Positions 7,655 to 17,386 of a DNA stretch of 64,000 bases are shown here, piece after piece. Position 1 is the first letter of the stretch. Every line of letters begins with the position of its first letter. Under the pieces are notes generated by a model. That model saw only the letters and a list, made by a program, of their open reading frames with translations, made no database searches and was not told the DNA's origin. The stretch is taken from the NCBI GenBank assembly GCA_965267505.1, contig OZ254081.1, positions 1,510,401 to 1,574,400 of the forward strand, in the 5' to 3' direction. The DNA is from Cytophagales bacterium (GTDB lineage: Bacteria > Bacteroidota > Bacteroidia > Cytophagales > CCMP332). The translations under genes and the position numbers were made by a program.

Positions 7655-10038
7655 TCATTCGTCTTTGACGACCTCCACGGGATTGGTGTTGGCAGCTTTT
7701 CTTGAGTGCCAACTAACCGTTACCAAAACAAGAACATAGGTAACTAAGCCTGGCACCAGAAATGACGCCGGGCTTAGTTTTGTTCTATACTGGAAGGTTG
7801 AGTCAAGCCATTGGTCCATCAGGTATCCCGAAAGACCAAAAGCGATGATCATCGCCAGGCTTACAAGCCCAAATAATCCTTTGCAACCAGGCGCATGATC
7901 TGGAATGTGCTTGCTCCAACGATCTTTCTGATCCCGATCTCTTTTGATCTTCTTTCCACTGAGAAGGATACCAATCCCAGTAGACCCAGACAGGCAATCA
8001 GCATGGCCAGGCCGGAGAAAACCAAAAACACCCTGGATCTTTTTTGGTCGCTTTCATAAGCCTCATAGAATTCCTGATCAAGGAAATAATGATTAAAAGG
8101 CCTTTCAGGATATACCTCAAGCCACTTTTCTTCCAAATGACTCAATGTCTCCGGAGTCTTACTAGGCTCAAAGCGAACATGAAGCATATCGTTGTTCTTC
8201 CGATAAAAAAGAGCAAGGTCTTCCAGCTCTTCATAGAGACTCAACATATGGAAATTTCTAAATACTCCGATAACGGTTAGAAATTCGTCTTCCTCATCGA
8301 CTCCAAACTGGATCTTTTTCCCCACCGGATCATCCCATCCCATTCTTTCAACCATCATTTCATTCACGATCACGGCGGCTGTGTCTGCTCCCCTGCTTGC
8401 CTCGAAGTTCCTTCCTTCAATTATTTCAATTCCAAGGGTTGGAAGGAAGGTTTCATCTACGAAAAATAGATTCACCCCTTTCTCCACATACCCATCCTTG
8501 GATTCTACGTTCATGAGGTTCTTGCTGTATCCTCTTCCCGGAGAGGAGCCGGCTGAGCCGACATTTAAGATGGAAGTGTTTTCAATCCACTTTTCCTTTA
8601 TGACAGGCACCTTTTCGATCATGGCCCTATCAGTGATCTCCACCACCAACAATTGTTCCTTGGCAAATCCAAGATCCTTCTTTCGCAAGAAGTTCAATTG
8701 ATCATTAACTATCCATGTGCTGGCTACCATTCCGATCGAAATGACGAACTGAAAGACAACCAATACTTTTCTTACTGAGAACCCACCAACCTTTTGGGCC
8801 AAGCGGCCTTTCAGAACCCATGCAGGCTTAAAGCTTGAAAGGAAAAAGGCTGGATAGCTTCCAGATAACAGCCCAAGGATGAGGATCAAAAAGATATAAA
8901 TAAGGAGCAGGTCAGGTGTGAATAGATCAGCCATGATAAAATCCTTTCCTGCCAATTGGTTAAAGGGTTTTAAAAGAGGTCCTGACAATAGGGTGATGGC
9001 CAATACAAAAGCCGCTAGGCTAATGACCATGGACTCTGAAAGGAATTGTGCAATAAGGCCACTTCTATGCGAACCTAACACTTTCCTAACCCCAACTTCC
9101 TTAGACCTTCCTTCTGCCCTGGAGGTAGCCAGATTCATATAATTTATTGACGCAAGGATCAAAATGAATAAACCTACAGCAAGGAAAATGAATATATAAC
9201 TCATATCCCCACCCCCATTCTCTCCTTTTGTCTTGGATAAAAGATAGATTTCTGTCAAGGGCTGCATTTCATAAACTACCGAAATGCCATATTGCTCGAA
9301 GATTGGGTCAACATGTGTCTTGATCACATCCGGAAGTTTGCTTGCAAATTCCTTCCAGTTGGTTTCTGGTTTCAATAGAATGTAGGTGTAGAGGAAGAAA
9401 GAGCCCCAGGATCCTCTTTCAGGATCTCCTAAAGACACTCTTGAGACTAGACCATCAAATGTAAAATGGGTTTCGGATGGAACATCTTCAATGATTGCTG
9501 TGATCTTATATGAATCCCCATCCTCATCAATCAATTCAAGCTTTTCTTCGGCCTTCCAATCACCAAAATATTTCTTGGCCAGACTTTCGGTAAGGACTAT
9601 GGAGTTAGGCTCATCCAGGCAACCTTCAGGTTTTCCTAAAAGGAATTTATGGGTGAAAACATTGAAAAAGGCACTATCTGCCAAATAGATCTCCTCCTCA
9701 TAGAATTGCTTTTCATCCTTTTGAAGCATCCATTGGCCGACATCCTGAATGCGCACAAAATCTTCAACCTCTGGATAATCTTTCTTTAGCTGGCGTCCCA
9801 GGGGTAGTTGAGTGGAGGACCAGGTAAAGGAATCATCCTTTTCGCTTATATGAGAAATGATACGAAAAACCCTATCCGATTTCTCATGAAATTGATCATA
9901 GCTCATCTCGTTTTTAACAAAAAGAAAGATCATCAATGAGCCAATGATCCCAGAACTAAGCCCAATTAAGTTGATGAGACTATAACCCCGATGGCGATAG
10001 ATATTCCTCCAAGAGGTAAGAATTAGGTTTTTCAGCAT
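7655..10038 (-). pseudogene. MacB/FtsX-type ABC transporter permease interrupted by a 1-nt frameshift near 7861
   Basis: The 725-aa ORF (7861..10038) has the typical Bacteroidota FtsX-permease N-terminus (MLKNLILTSWRNIYRHRGYSLINLIGLS) and ends at ...VAKDYLGL-TAA. The missing last TM helices and C-terminus (AFGLSGYLMDQWL...ANTNPVEVVKDE) continue in the -1 frame as ORF 7655..7852. Re-reading one G gives ...KDYLGLVSLAMIIAFGLSGYLMDQWL, a contiguous protein of about 794 aa. Confidence 0.75.
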
Positions 10039-10098
10039 AGCCTAAGGTATTATCCCGCCCAAACGATGGACAAGACAATTTATACAAATGGTATTGTA

Positions 10099-10428
10099 CT
10101 ACTTGTGACCGTCCTTTTTGCAGCAGGCGTCAAGCTTATCATAGGCTTTTGGGTCCGCTGGCAAATCATCTGCATCATATCCGGCTTGGGTAATTGCCTT
10201 TTTGATCTTATCCGGATTTGTTTTTTTTGGATTGTAATTAACAGTGATCATCCCGGTTTCATAGTCCAGATCAAAGGACTTTATTCCAGAAGTAAATGTG
10301 AATTCCTTCTGGATATTCTCCTTGCACTCTGCACATACTGCAGAGGTTTTGATCTTAACCGATTCAGTCCCTGCATAAGATCCAGTGAAAACAAAAAGGC
10401 CGAAAAGACAGATTAATAAAGCTTTCAT
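10099..10428 (-). CDS. Secreted heavy-metal-associated (HMA) domain protein
   Basis: Signal peptide MKALLICLFGLFVFTGSYA, then VKIKTSAVCAECKENIQ (CxxC metal site) and ...ITVNYNPKKTNPDKIKKAITQAGYDA, the ferredoxin-like HMA fold pattern. Only 1 nt separates it from the upstream TonB receptor gene. Confidence 0.8.
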   Translation of the reverse strand: MKALLICLFGLFVFTGSYAGTESVKIKTSAVCAECKENIQKEFTFTSGIKSFDLDYETGMITVNYNPKKTNPDKIKKAITQAGYDADDLPADPKAYDKLDACCKKDGHK

Positions 10429-10429
10429 A

Positions 10430-12628
10430 TTATTCGATTTTTAGTTTAACTCCACCATAAAACACCCTGCCAATTGTGGGTCCCCAAGCCAGACCAGCAT
10501 CAAAATTAGGTCCAAATGGATCAGAAGGATCAACAATTGGATCCTCCTGTCGGAAATCCAACAAATTTTCAATTCCAGCGTAGATGTCAAATCCTCTGAA
10601 TTTTCTATTTGCCTGGAAATTCAGATTGAAAAAAGAGGGAGAATAATCTCTTACCTGGACTCCAACCGGCCTTCCTTCTCCTCCGGGAATCCTCTTGGGT
10701 CCAAAATATTGCGTTGTTAGATCAAAAGTCCATCGGTCAAAGGCTGTGGCATAACTTAATTGTAGGAACCCCCTATGCTCTGGCACAAAAGGAGCTCTTG
10801 TTAGTCCTCTTTCCATTTCCATTTTCACATCATACCATTTATATGCGGCTGTAAAAGAAAAACCGGCAATAGGGCTGCCCTGAAGCTGAGCCTGAAAGGA
10901 ATTACTAAATGAGCTTCCCGAAAGGTTGTATAAATAAACTCTTTGATAGTCTCGATCATAATCAACTATGATCTGTTTACTGAATTCCGTTCTGAAGAAA
11001 TCCATAGTCAGGCTGTATTTGCTCCCTTGAAATTTAAAGTCCCTATTGAATGTAAGCCCGATGGAAACCGATTCCTCTTCCTGAGGCAACGAATTTTGAA
11101 TAATCAACCTTGAGGAAGGGAACATTTTTGGGTTTTCGGCATACGGTGTTGGAACCCTCCAGCCATTTCCGGCCGAAACCCTAAAAGAAGTCTGCTCATT
11201 GGGAGAATATTTAAGATGGATCCTTCCAACAGGCTTTAAACCAAAATAATTATGGTGATCCAGCCGGGCTCCCAGCACTAAAGAAATTTTCTCAATTTCC
11301 GAAAGGGTATACTCGGCAGCAATTCCCGGGATCTCTTCTACCCTGCTGAAAGAAGAGTCTCCATAGTATTCATCTTGAAAATTGCCGTTGTAGGTTCCTG
11401 AGAAAAGCATTTTATGTTTGGAGTTCTTTATCTGAGTTTGATAAAGAACATTCAAGAAAATTCTGTTGGAATACCCTCCATAGCGCTTGGTTCCTGCGTT
11501 TGACAAAAGTTGGGAATGCGAGAAGGAATATTGGGTTCCTATTCCAATATGAGGGGTTTCCGGAAACAGAAAACCTGTTTTTCCGAACAGTTCAAATCTA
11601 CGCACATCATTTTCAATACCATAAATATTTTGATTGCTACTGGGAGTAAAGCCCATTTGACCTCCTTCAGCCTTATCCTCTGCTACTCTAAACCCTATTT
11701 GTGATTCAATTTTTTCTCCTCTAAACTGCCATCGGTTCATTAAGTTTATCTGTCTCGCCTTAGGAAAATCCCGAAACCCATCATCGTTAAGATCTCGTTC
11801 CCCAAATACCTGGCTTGCATGAAGCATAAGTCCGGTGTGAGTATTTTCCGAAACCTTAACATTTGAATTGAAATTCAACTCTCCCCTTCCTATAGAGGAG
11901 CCGAAAGCATTGAAGAATAATTGATCTCCTAATTCGGGTCTTATCAATTCATAATTGATCAATCCGGTCATTGAGTGGTGTCCATTAAGGACAGATCCCG
12001 GCCCTTTGCTGATGGCAATATTTGATATTGAAGTTCCGGGGATCAGGTGCAGTCCCTTATGAACCAATAAGCCATCATAAACAGGAATATTTTCCCTTAG
12101 CAGAGGAGCGTATACGCCGGATAATCCAAGTAATAGAATTTGTTTTGTGCCGGATACCGCATCGCTCGTGCTTACATCTACAGAAGCATTTGTCTCGAAA
12201 CTCTCTGAAAGGTTGCAGCATGGGGCTTTCTGCAGTTCCCTGACGGTTACATATTCTACATGGGTTGGTTCTGCCCTTGAAATGAAGCTGGAGTTCGATT
12301 TTACCTCAACTTCATCAAGCTCCTTGCTATTGTCCTCAAGAATAAAGTGGAAATGGGTCCTTCCTTTTTCCTGAAGTGTATCATTCTTAAAACCCAAGTA
12401 TGAAGCTACTAACAGGCCGCCTGGCTTTCTTCTCAGGAAAAAGAACCCTTCTTCATCGGCACTAACAGCTTCAGAAAAGTCCGACCAATAAACATTGGCA
12501 CCTGGCAAAGGCTGCTCTTTGCCACTTGGATCTTTATGGACCACCCGACCTTTGATTCGGTCCTGGGCAAAAGTTGTGAATACGTAAAACCAGGTTATTA
12601 GCCCGGTCATTAAAATCTTATGTTTCAA
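10430..12628 (-). CDS. TonB-dependent outer-membrane receptor with N-terminal carboxypeptidase-regulatory-like domain
   Basis: 732 aa with a signal peptide. IKGRVVHKD...PLPGANVYW is a CarboxypepD_reg-like domain. Plug-like segment ISKGPGSVLNGHHSMTGLINY. Beta-barrel with alternating pattern and terminal ...FYGGVKLKIE. Confidence 0.85.
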   Translation of the reverse strand: MKHKILMTGLITWFYVFTTFAQDRIKGRVVHKDPSGKEQPLPGANVYWSDFSEAVSADEEGFFFLRRKPGGLLVASYLGFKNDTLQEKGRTHFHFILEDNSKELDEVEVKSNSSFISRAEPTHVEYVTVRELQKAPCCNLSESFETNASVDVSTSDAVSGTKQILLLGLSGVYAPLLRENIPVYDGLLVHKGLHLIPGTSISNIAISKGPGSVLNGHHSMTGLINYELIRPELGDQLFFNAFGSSIGRGELNFNSNVKVSENTHTGLMLHASQVFGERDLNDDGFRDFPKARQINLMNRWQFRGEKIESQIGFRVAEDKAEGGQMGFTPSSNQNIYGIENDVRRFELFGKTGFLFPETPHIGIGTQYSFSHSQLLSNAGTKRYGGYSNRIFLNVLYQTQIKNSKHKMLFSGTYNGNFQDEYYGDSSFSRVEEIPGIAAEYTLSEIEKISLVLGARLDHHNYFGLKPVGRIHLKYSPNEQTSFRVSAGNGWRVPTPYAENPKMFPSSRLIIQNSLPQEEESVSIGLTFNRDFKFQGSKYSLTMDFFRTEFSKQIIVDYDRDYQRVYLYNLSGSSFSNSFQAQLQGSPIAGFSFTAAYKWYDVKMEMERGLTRAPFVPEHRGFLQLSYATAFDRWTFDLTTQYFGPKRIPGGEGRPVGVQVRDYSPSFFNLNFQANRKFRGFDIYAGIENLLDFRQEDPIVDPSDPFGPNFDAGLAWGPTIGRVFYGGVKLKIE

Positions 12629-12678
12629 ATGGGAATTTGTTTACAATGAATTGATTGATTGCTTTTTCAGCAGTCGAC

Positions 12679-13092
12679 CTAATTCATGTAAACCTGGAGA
12701 AGTGCCTGCCTTGTGTGTCGGTAAGGACTTATCTCCCTGAATTCTGGATAATTGTGGGTAATTGGCCTTAAAAGGGGAAAAAGCTGAATTTCTCCCATGG
12801 ATTTCGCGGGTGTGAAATCCGCCCAGTTTTGTGTTTTCCTTTTCAGGACATTTTCAGTCCCAATGTGCTTGATGAGCTCGATTTCACAACAAAGAGGGGC
12901 CTCAAATCTAACCTCATGGTCCAGGGTTCCAATGTAAACCCCTAAAGCCTTGCAGCAGGAATTCGAGTTAAGGAAAACAAACTCAGTCTCTCCGCTAAAA
13001 TTGCATGTATGTTTAGAGAAGCCAATGGTGGTGCTTCCCAGCAATACAACTGCTGCAAGAAAAATGCTTAATATGGACTTAGATAATTTCAA
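12679..13092 (-). CDS. Cys-rich secreted/anchored small protein (possible HYC_CC_PP-like family)
   Basis: 137 aa. N-terminal TM/signal MKLSKSILSIFLAAVVLLGS, then KHTC, NSCC and PLCC motifs. It is the first gene of the TonB receptor / HMA operon. The family resemblance is from memory and weak (HTC instead of HYC, no clear PP). Confidence 0.5.
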   Translation of the reverse strand: MKLSKSILSIFLAAVVLLGSTTIGFSKHTCNFSGETEFVFLNSNSCCKALGVYIGTLDHEVRFEAPLCCEIELIKHIGTENVLKRKTQNWADFTPAKSMGEIQLFPLLRPITHNYPEFREISPYRHTRQALLQVYMN

Positions 13093-13132
13093 CCTGAATC
13101 TTCTTAACGTCAGTTAGGACAATTAAGTTACC

Positions 13133-14185
13133 ATGAAAGGCAAATTTTTTCTATTGGCCTACTTTATTTGGTTCTCATCTTGTGCAAAGATAAGCGAGCA
13201 GAATTCCGATTCTGAAGCTGGGGGAGAAAAATTTTTACCCGACAGCATATTGGTGGGGCAAACCTTGATGGTCGCTGCTGGAAAAAATGGCCGATCCAAT
13301 AAGGAAGTTGGTGCTTTGATCTCTAAAGGCAGAGTTGGTGGGGTCATCTTTTTAAAAACAATAAAATCCGAGGTCATAAGGAGTGTGGAGGTCTTCGACT
13401 CAATCGCAAAGGCAAATGGGGTTCCCGTACCGATCTATGCGACAGATGCCGAGCCGGGAATGTTCTCAAATAAAATTTCAGGGGTAAGTCCGACTCCATA
13501 CAATGCCCAGATCAAAGATGAATTTGAGTCGATGGCGGCGGCGGTTTCCATTTCAGAGGATCTAAGATCAATAGGAATCAGTTGGAACTATGCTCCTGTG
13601 GTGGATAAAAGGGGTGCTGGTTCGATCATGGGAAAAAGGGGCTTTAGTACAAATTCAGATTCTATTTCATCACTGGCCTGGACCTTTGCTTCTCAATCTC
13701 AAAAATTAGGGGTGGCTGCTACCGCAAAGCATTTTCCTGGTCATGGTATGGTCAAGGGTGACACACATAAGGGTTTGTTTTTTATTGATGGAGAGTTCAA
13801 GGAATTGGATCCGTTTAAGGCAATGATTGATTCAGGCGTCGCTTCAGTTATGATCGGGCATCTGGGTGTCCGAAACAATGAATTTTCCTCCGAGGAAATG
13901 CCTGCCAGCCTAAGTCCCCGAATAGTAACTGACTTGCTTGTCAAAAAATTGGGGTTTGATGGACTCATCGTAACGGATGCCATGAACATGGGTGCTTTGA
14001 ATAAGATCGATGAGGTAGAAATAAAGGCTTTGGATGCAGGTGTTCATGTGGTATTAATGCCAAAAAATCCAAATGGAAGTTTTGATTCCATCCTGAAAAA
14101 AATGACTTCCGATGAGGGTTTTGCCAAAAAAGTGAGGGACTCAGGGAACAAGGTGTTGAATTTCAAAAAGACCTACCCTCATTAA
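13133..14185 (+). CDS. Glycoside hydrolase family 3 N-terminal-domain lipoprotein (NagZ-like beta-N-acetylhexosaminidase)
   Basis: Lipobox WFSSC. GH3 signatures NYAPVVD, KHFPGHG..GDTH and GLIVTDAMNMGA. Confidence 0.85.
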   Translation: MKGKFFLLAYFIWFSSCAKISEQNSDSEAGGEKFLPDSILVGQTLMVAAGKNGRSNKEVGALISKGRVGGVIFLKTIKSEVIRSVEVFDSIAKANGVPVPIYATDAEPGMFSNKISGVSPTPYNAQIKDEFESMAAAVSISEDLRSIGISWNYAPVVDKRGAGSIMGKRGFSTNSDSISSLAWTFASQSQKLGVAATAKHFPGHGMVKGDTHKGLFFIDGEFKELDPFKAMIDSGVASVMIGHLGVRNNEFSSEEMPASLSPRIVTDLLVKKLGFDGLIVTDAMNMGALNKIDEVEIKALDAGVHVVLMPKNPNGSFDSILKKMTSDEGFAKKVRDSGNKVLNFKKTYPH

Positions 14186-14282
14186 TATTTTCTAAGGGGG
14201 TTTTGATTCATCAACAAAAAGGTCCATTTTTGCAGCCCAATTTTTTAGCGGACGGGTTCCGCGATCATGTTAATAAGAAACA

Positions 14283-15188
14283 ATGGCAGTAAAAATTAGA
14301 CTGAAAAGACGCGGAAGAAAAAAACTAGCAATCTTCGACGTAGTTGTAGCCGATAGCCGCGCACCCAGAGACGGGAGATTCATCGAAAAGATCGGTACCT
14401 ATAACCCCAACACAGATCCAGCATCAATTTTAATAGACCCTGAAAGAGCCCTTGATTGGGTAATGAAAGGGGCTATCCCTACCGATACGGTTCGGGCAAT
14501 GCTTAGCTATATGGGTGTTATGTATAAAAAACATCTTCAGGTAGGCGTAAACAAAGGGGCTATCACCCAGGAAGAAGCCGATAAGAAATTTGAAGCCTGG
14601 AAGAAAGAAAAAGATGCGGCCATCCAAGCTAAGAAAGATAAGATCGATGCTGATGCCGCAAAAAGCAAGAAAGAAAAGCTTGCTGCTGAATCCAAGGTAA
14701 AAGAAGCTCGGGCAGAAGCTGTAAGAAAGAAGAAGGAAGAAGCGGAAAAAGCATTGGTAGAAGAAGTTAGAGAGGGTGCCGCTGAAGAGGATCCGGAGGT
14801 AGAAGGAGTCGAAGAAGTAGCAGCTGAAGAAGCCAAGGAAGAGGCTCCTGCTGAGGAAGCAAAAGAGGAAGCTCCAGCCGAAGAAGCAAAGGAAGAGGCT
14901 CCTGCTGAGGAAGCGAAAGAGGAAGCTCCAGCCGAAGAAGCAAAAGAAGAGGCTCCTGCTGAGGAAGCGAAAGAGGAAGCTCCAGCCGAAGAGGCAAAAG
15001 AAGAGGCTCCTGCTGAGGAAGCGAAAGAGGAAGCTCCAGCCGAAGAAGCAAAAGAAGAGGCTCCTGCTGAGGAGGCGAAGGAAGAAGCTCCAGCCGAAGA
15101 AGCAAAAGAAGAGGCTCCGGCCGAAGAGGCGAAGGAAGAGGCTCCCGCTGAAGAAGGAGAAGAGAAGAAAGAGGAGGAAGGAAAGTAA
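14283..15188 (+). CDS. rpsP: 30S ribosomal protein S16 with long repeat-containing acidic C-terminal extension
   Basis: N-terminus [42 protein letters not shown] is canonical S16. Residues from about 115 to 301 form a K/E/A-rich tail that includes about 12 copies of AEEAKEEAP. Confidence 0.9.
   Translation: MAVKIRLKRRGRKKLAIFDVVVADSRAPRDGRFIEKIGTYNPNTDPASILIDPERALDWVMKGAIPTDTVRAMLSYMGVMYKKHLQVGVNKGAITQEEADKKFEAWKKEKDAAIQAKKDKIDADAAKSKKEKLAAESKVKEARAEAVRKKKEEAEKALVEEVREGAAEEDPEVEGVEEVAAEEAKEEAPAEEAKEEAPAEEAKEEAPAEEAKEEAPAEEAKEEAPAEEAKEEAPAEEAKEEAPAEEAKEEAPAEEAKEEAPAEEAKEEAPAEEAKEEAPAEEAKEEAPAEEGEEKKEEEGK
14823..15146. repeat. Tandem repeat: 27-nt unit, about 12 copies (54-nt alternating super-unit), inside rpsP
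   Basis: Alternating units gctcctgctgaggaagcRaaagaggaa and gctccagccgaagaRgcaaaRgaagag are repeated head-to-tail with only a few synonymous or near-synonymous differences. Confidence 0.9.
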
Positions 15189-15199
15189 TTCCTTGCTAG

Positions 15200-15727
15200 A
15201 TGCCTGCTCAGAATTTTTTTGAGTTTGGGTATTTCGCTAAAACCCATGGCCATCAAGGTGCTTTAAGGGCCAAATACACGGGGGATTTTCCTGACAACTA
15301 TAAAAATCTGGAATCGGTTTTCATTGAAGAAAATGAACAGCCGGTTCCTTTTTTTATTCAAACCCTTTCCTGGAAAGGTGACCACATTCTCATCAACCTC
15401 CAGGGAATAGAGAGCAAGGAAGCCGCGGAAAGATTTATTGGAAAAAAGATCCTCTTGCCTGAAGACCTTCTCCCAGAGCTCGAAGAAGGGGATTATTTTC
15501 TTCACGAATTGATCGGCTTGATTGTAATCGATAAGGACTATGGAGAATTAGGAAGGGTTACGGCCTATTTCGATCAAACTCCCCAAACCATGATCCAGAT
15601 TGATTATAAGGGAAAAGATCTTTTGATCCCGATGGTTGATGAATTCATTCTTGAGTTGGATATTGAAGAAGGATTGATTCAAACCAAGCTGCCAGGCGGA
15701 TACCTGGATAGTTTTATTTCTGAATGA
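15200..15727 (+). CDS. rimM: Ribosome maturation factor RimM
   Basis: FGYFAKTHGHQGALRAK N-terminal RimM motif and a PRC-barrel-like C-terminus. Conserved rpsP-rimM-trmD-rplS order. 4-nt ATGA overlap with trmD. Confidence 0.85.
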   Translation: MPAQNFFEFGYFAKTHGHQGALRAKYTGDFPDNYKNLESVFIEENEQPVPFFIQTLSWKGDHILINLQGIESKEAAERFIGKKILLPEDLLPELEEGDYFLHELIGLIVIDKDYGELGRVTAYFDQTPQTMIQIDYKGKDLLIPMVDEFILELDIEEGLIQTKLPGGYLDSFISE

Positions 15728-16404
15728 TCGTAATAGACATCATATCTGCGGTTCCAGAACTTTTTGGAAGCTTTTTTGAGAAATCGATACTGGGACGAGC
15801 CCAGAAAAAGGGGCTGGTTGAGATTAAGATCCATGATTTGAGAGATTTCGCGATCAATAAACACGGTCAAATTGACGATTACCCCTTCGGCGGTGGACCG
15901 GGGATGGTCCTAAGAATAGAACCCATTCATGACTGCATAAATTCTATTCGAAATTCAGGAAGAAAAGGTCCCGTCATTTTTTTAAGTCCCGATGGGCATC
16001 AATTTGATCAGGCTACCGCCAATGAGCTTGCCGTTGCACATGAGCATATGATCCTATTATGTGGTCATTACAAGGGGATAGATGAAAGGATTAGAGAAAA
16101 CCTGGTGGACAGAGAGATCAGCCTGGGTGATTATGTAATATCAGGAGGTGAGTTAGGGGCTGCAATCATTGCAGATGCGGTGGTTCGACTTATCCCTGGT
16201 GCAATTGGCGATTCAACTTCGGCTCTAACCGATTCCTTTCAGGATGGATTGGTAGCACCGCCGGTATATACCAGGCCCGCTCAATATGGAGATTGGGATG
16301 TCCCTCAAATCTTGCTTTCCGGGGATGAAAAGAAGATCAACGAGTGGAAAGAGAAGCAGGCTCAGAACAGGACAGAAAAGAAAAGACCTGATAAGTTAAA
16401 ATAG
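15724..16404 (+). CDS. trmD: tRNA (guanine37-N1)-methyltransferase TrmD
   Basis: IDIISAVPELF, DDYPFGGGPGMVL, LLCGHYKGIDERI and ISLGDYVISGGELGA are hallmark TrmD blocks. Confidence 0.92.
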   Translation: MIVIDIISAVPELFGSFFEKSILGRAQKKGLVEIKIHDLRDFAINKHGQIDDYPFGGGPGMVLRIEPIHDCINSIRNSGRKGPVIFLSPDGHQFDQATANELAVAHEHMILLCGHYKGIDERIRENLVDREISLGDYVISGGELGAAIIADAVVRLIPGAIGDSTSALTDSFQDGLVAPPVYTRPAQYGDWDVPQILLSGDEKKINEWKEKQAQNRTEKKRPDKLK

Positions 16405-16436
16405 GGATCGATACTGGCTTGAATTGGTTTTATTTT

Positions 16437-16444
16437 TATCTTTG
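16437..16444 (+). promoter_or_regulatory. Candidate -7 box (TAnnTTTG) upstream of rplS
   Basis: TATCTTTG lies 20 nt upstream of ATG 16465. No well-spaced -33 TTTG was seen. Confidence 0.35.
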
Positions 16445-16464
16445 CACTCCAATTTTTGAGAACG

Positions 16465-16818
16465 ATGAGTGAGTTGATCAAATTAGTTGAAGAGAGCATG
16501 GTTGAAAAACCAGCTAACCTACCCGATTTTAAGTCTGGTGATACATTGAATATCCACCTTAAGATCAAAGAGGGTAACAAGGAAAGGGTACAGCAGTTCA
16601 AAGGGACTGTTATCCAAAGAAAAAATCAGGGAACCGCTTCTGAGACTTTCACTATCAGAAAATTATCAGGTGGTATTGGTGTAGAAAGGATCATTCCTCT
16701 TAACTCTCCAGCGATCGAAAAGGTCGAAGTTCTTTCAAAAGGACAGGTTAGGAGGTCAAGGATTTACTACTTGAGAGGAAGAGCCGGAAAGGCCGCCAAG
16801 ATCAAGGAAAGAAAATAG
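16465..16818 (+). CDS. rplS: 50S ribosomal protein L19
   Basis: [35 protein letters not shown]...FTIRK...[11 protein letters not shown] is canonical L19. ATG 16465 is preferred over the ORF-track TTG at 16456. Confidence 0.92.
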   Translation: MSELIKLVEESMVEKPANLPDFKSGDTLNIHLKIKEGNKERVQQFKGTVIQRKNQGTASETFTIRKLSGGIGVERIIPLNSPAIEKVEVLSKGQVRRSRIYYLRGRAGKAAKIKERK

Positions 16819-16823
16819 CAATG

Positions 16824-16846
16824 ACCCCGCAAAAGCGGGGTTTTTT
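16824..16846 (+). terminator. Rho-independent terminator after rplS
   Basis: ACCCCGC-AAAA-GCGGGGT hairpin followed by TTTTTT, 6 nt after the stop. Confidence 0.7.
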
Positions 16847-16894
16847 GTTTCTTAGCCTTTCTATTAAGATTTTCATTACAAAACCATTCGAAAG

Positions 16895-17386
16895 ATGAAA
16901 GCATACTATTTTTTACTAGCTGGTTTATTTGGGTTCATGATTGTTTCGTGTTCAAGCCCTGAAGCAGAGCAAACCGAAACCAATGAAGTCGTTGAAGAAA
17001 CCCCGGAGCTTGAAGAACTTGAGATCAAGGGAGCGGGACAGGAGATCACCGAAGACATGTCCATTTCCTTTGGCAATTTGCAGGACGGGGATGTTGTTGA
17101 AAGCCCATTCGTTGTTGAAATGGTTGTTTCAGGAATGGAAGTTGAGCCCGCTGGGGCACTTGCCTTGAGCAAAGGTCATCACCATATTCTGATAAACCGT
17201 GGTTTTTATGAAACCGGCGAGGTAATTCCGATGGATGAAAACAACAAGCACTTTGGAGATGGAAGCACTCAAACCACCTTGGAGCTTGAGCCTGGAGAAT
17301 ACACCCTAACGCTTCAATTCGCTGATGGACTTCACCAAAGTTATGGTGAGGCTATGAGTGCCAGTATTAATATTTCTGTACAATAG
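16895..17386 (+). CDS. DUF4399-like lipoprotein
   Basis: Lipobox MIVSC, acidic linker, then ...LSKGHHHILIN... and GEYTLTLQFADGLH, typical of DUF4399 (from memory). The 3' end overlaps the dapF 3' end by 20 nt. Confidence 0.6.
   Translation: MKAYYFLLAGLFGFMIVSCSSPEAEQTETNEVVEETPELEELEIKGAGQEITEDMSISFGNLQDGDVVESPFVVEMVVSGMEVEPAGALALSKGHHHILINRGFYETGEVIPMDENNKHFGDGSTQTTLELEPGEYTLTLQFADGLHQSYGEAMSASINISVQ

Noticed and set aside
10066-10416. 116-aa plus-strand ORF
   Set aside because: It is antisense to the HMA-domain gene, which has a signal peptide and a CxxC motif. The plus-strand product has no recognisable features.
14823-15146. Possible CRISPR array, because of regularly spaced direct repeats
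   Set aside because: The units are contiguous with no unique spacers, they are 27 nt long and in frame within a coding sequence, and no cas genes are present.
14537-15256. Long antisense ORFs (239 aa at 14537..15256 and 112 aa at 14767..15105) opposite rpsP, with striking SSAGASSFA and [12 protein letters not shown] repeats
   Set aside because: They are the reverse-complement reading of the 27-nt tandem repeat in the S16 tail. Periodic stop-free DNA is open in several frames. The sense frame continues a canonical S16 N-terminus, so the antisense ORFs are artefacts.
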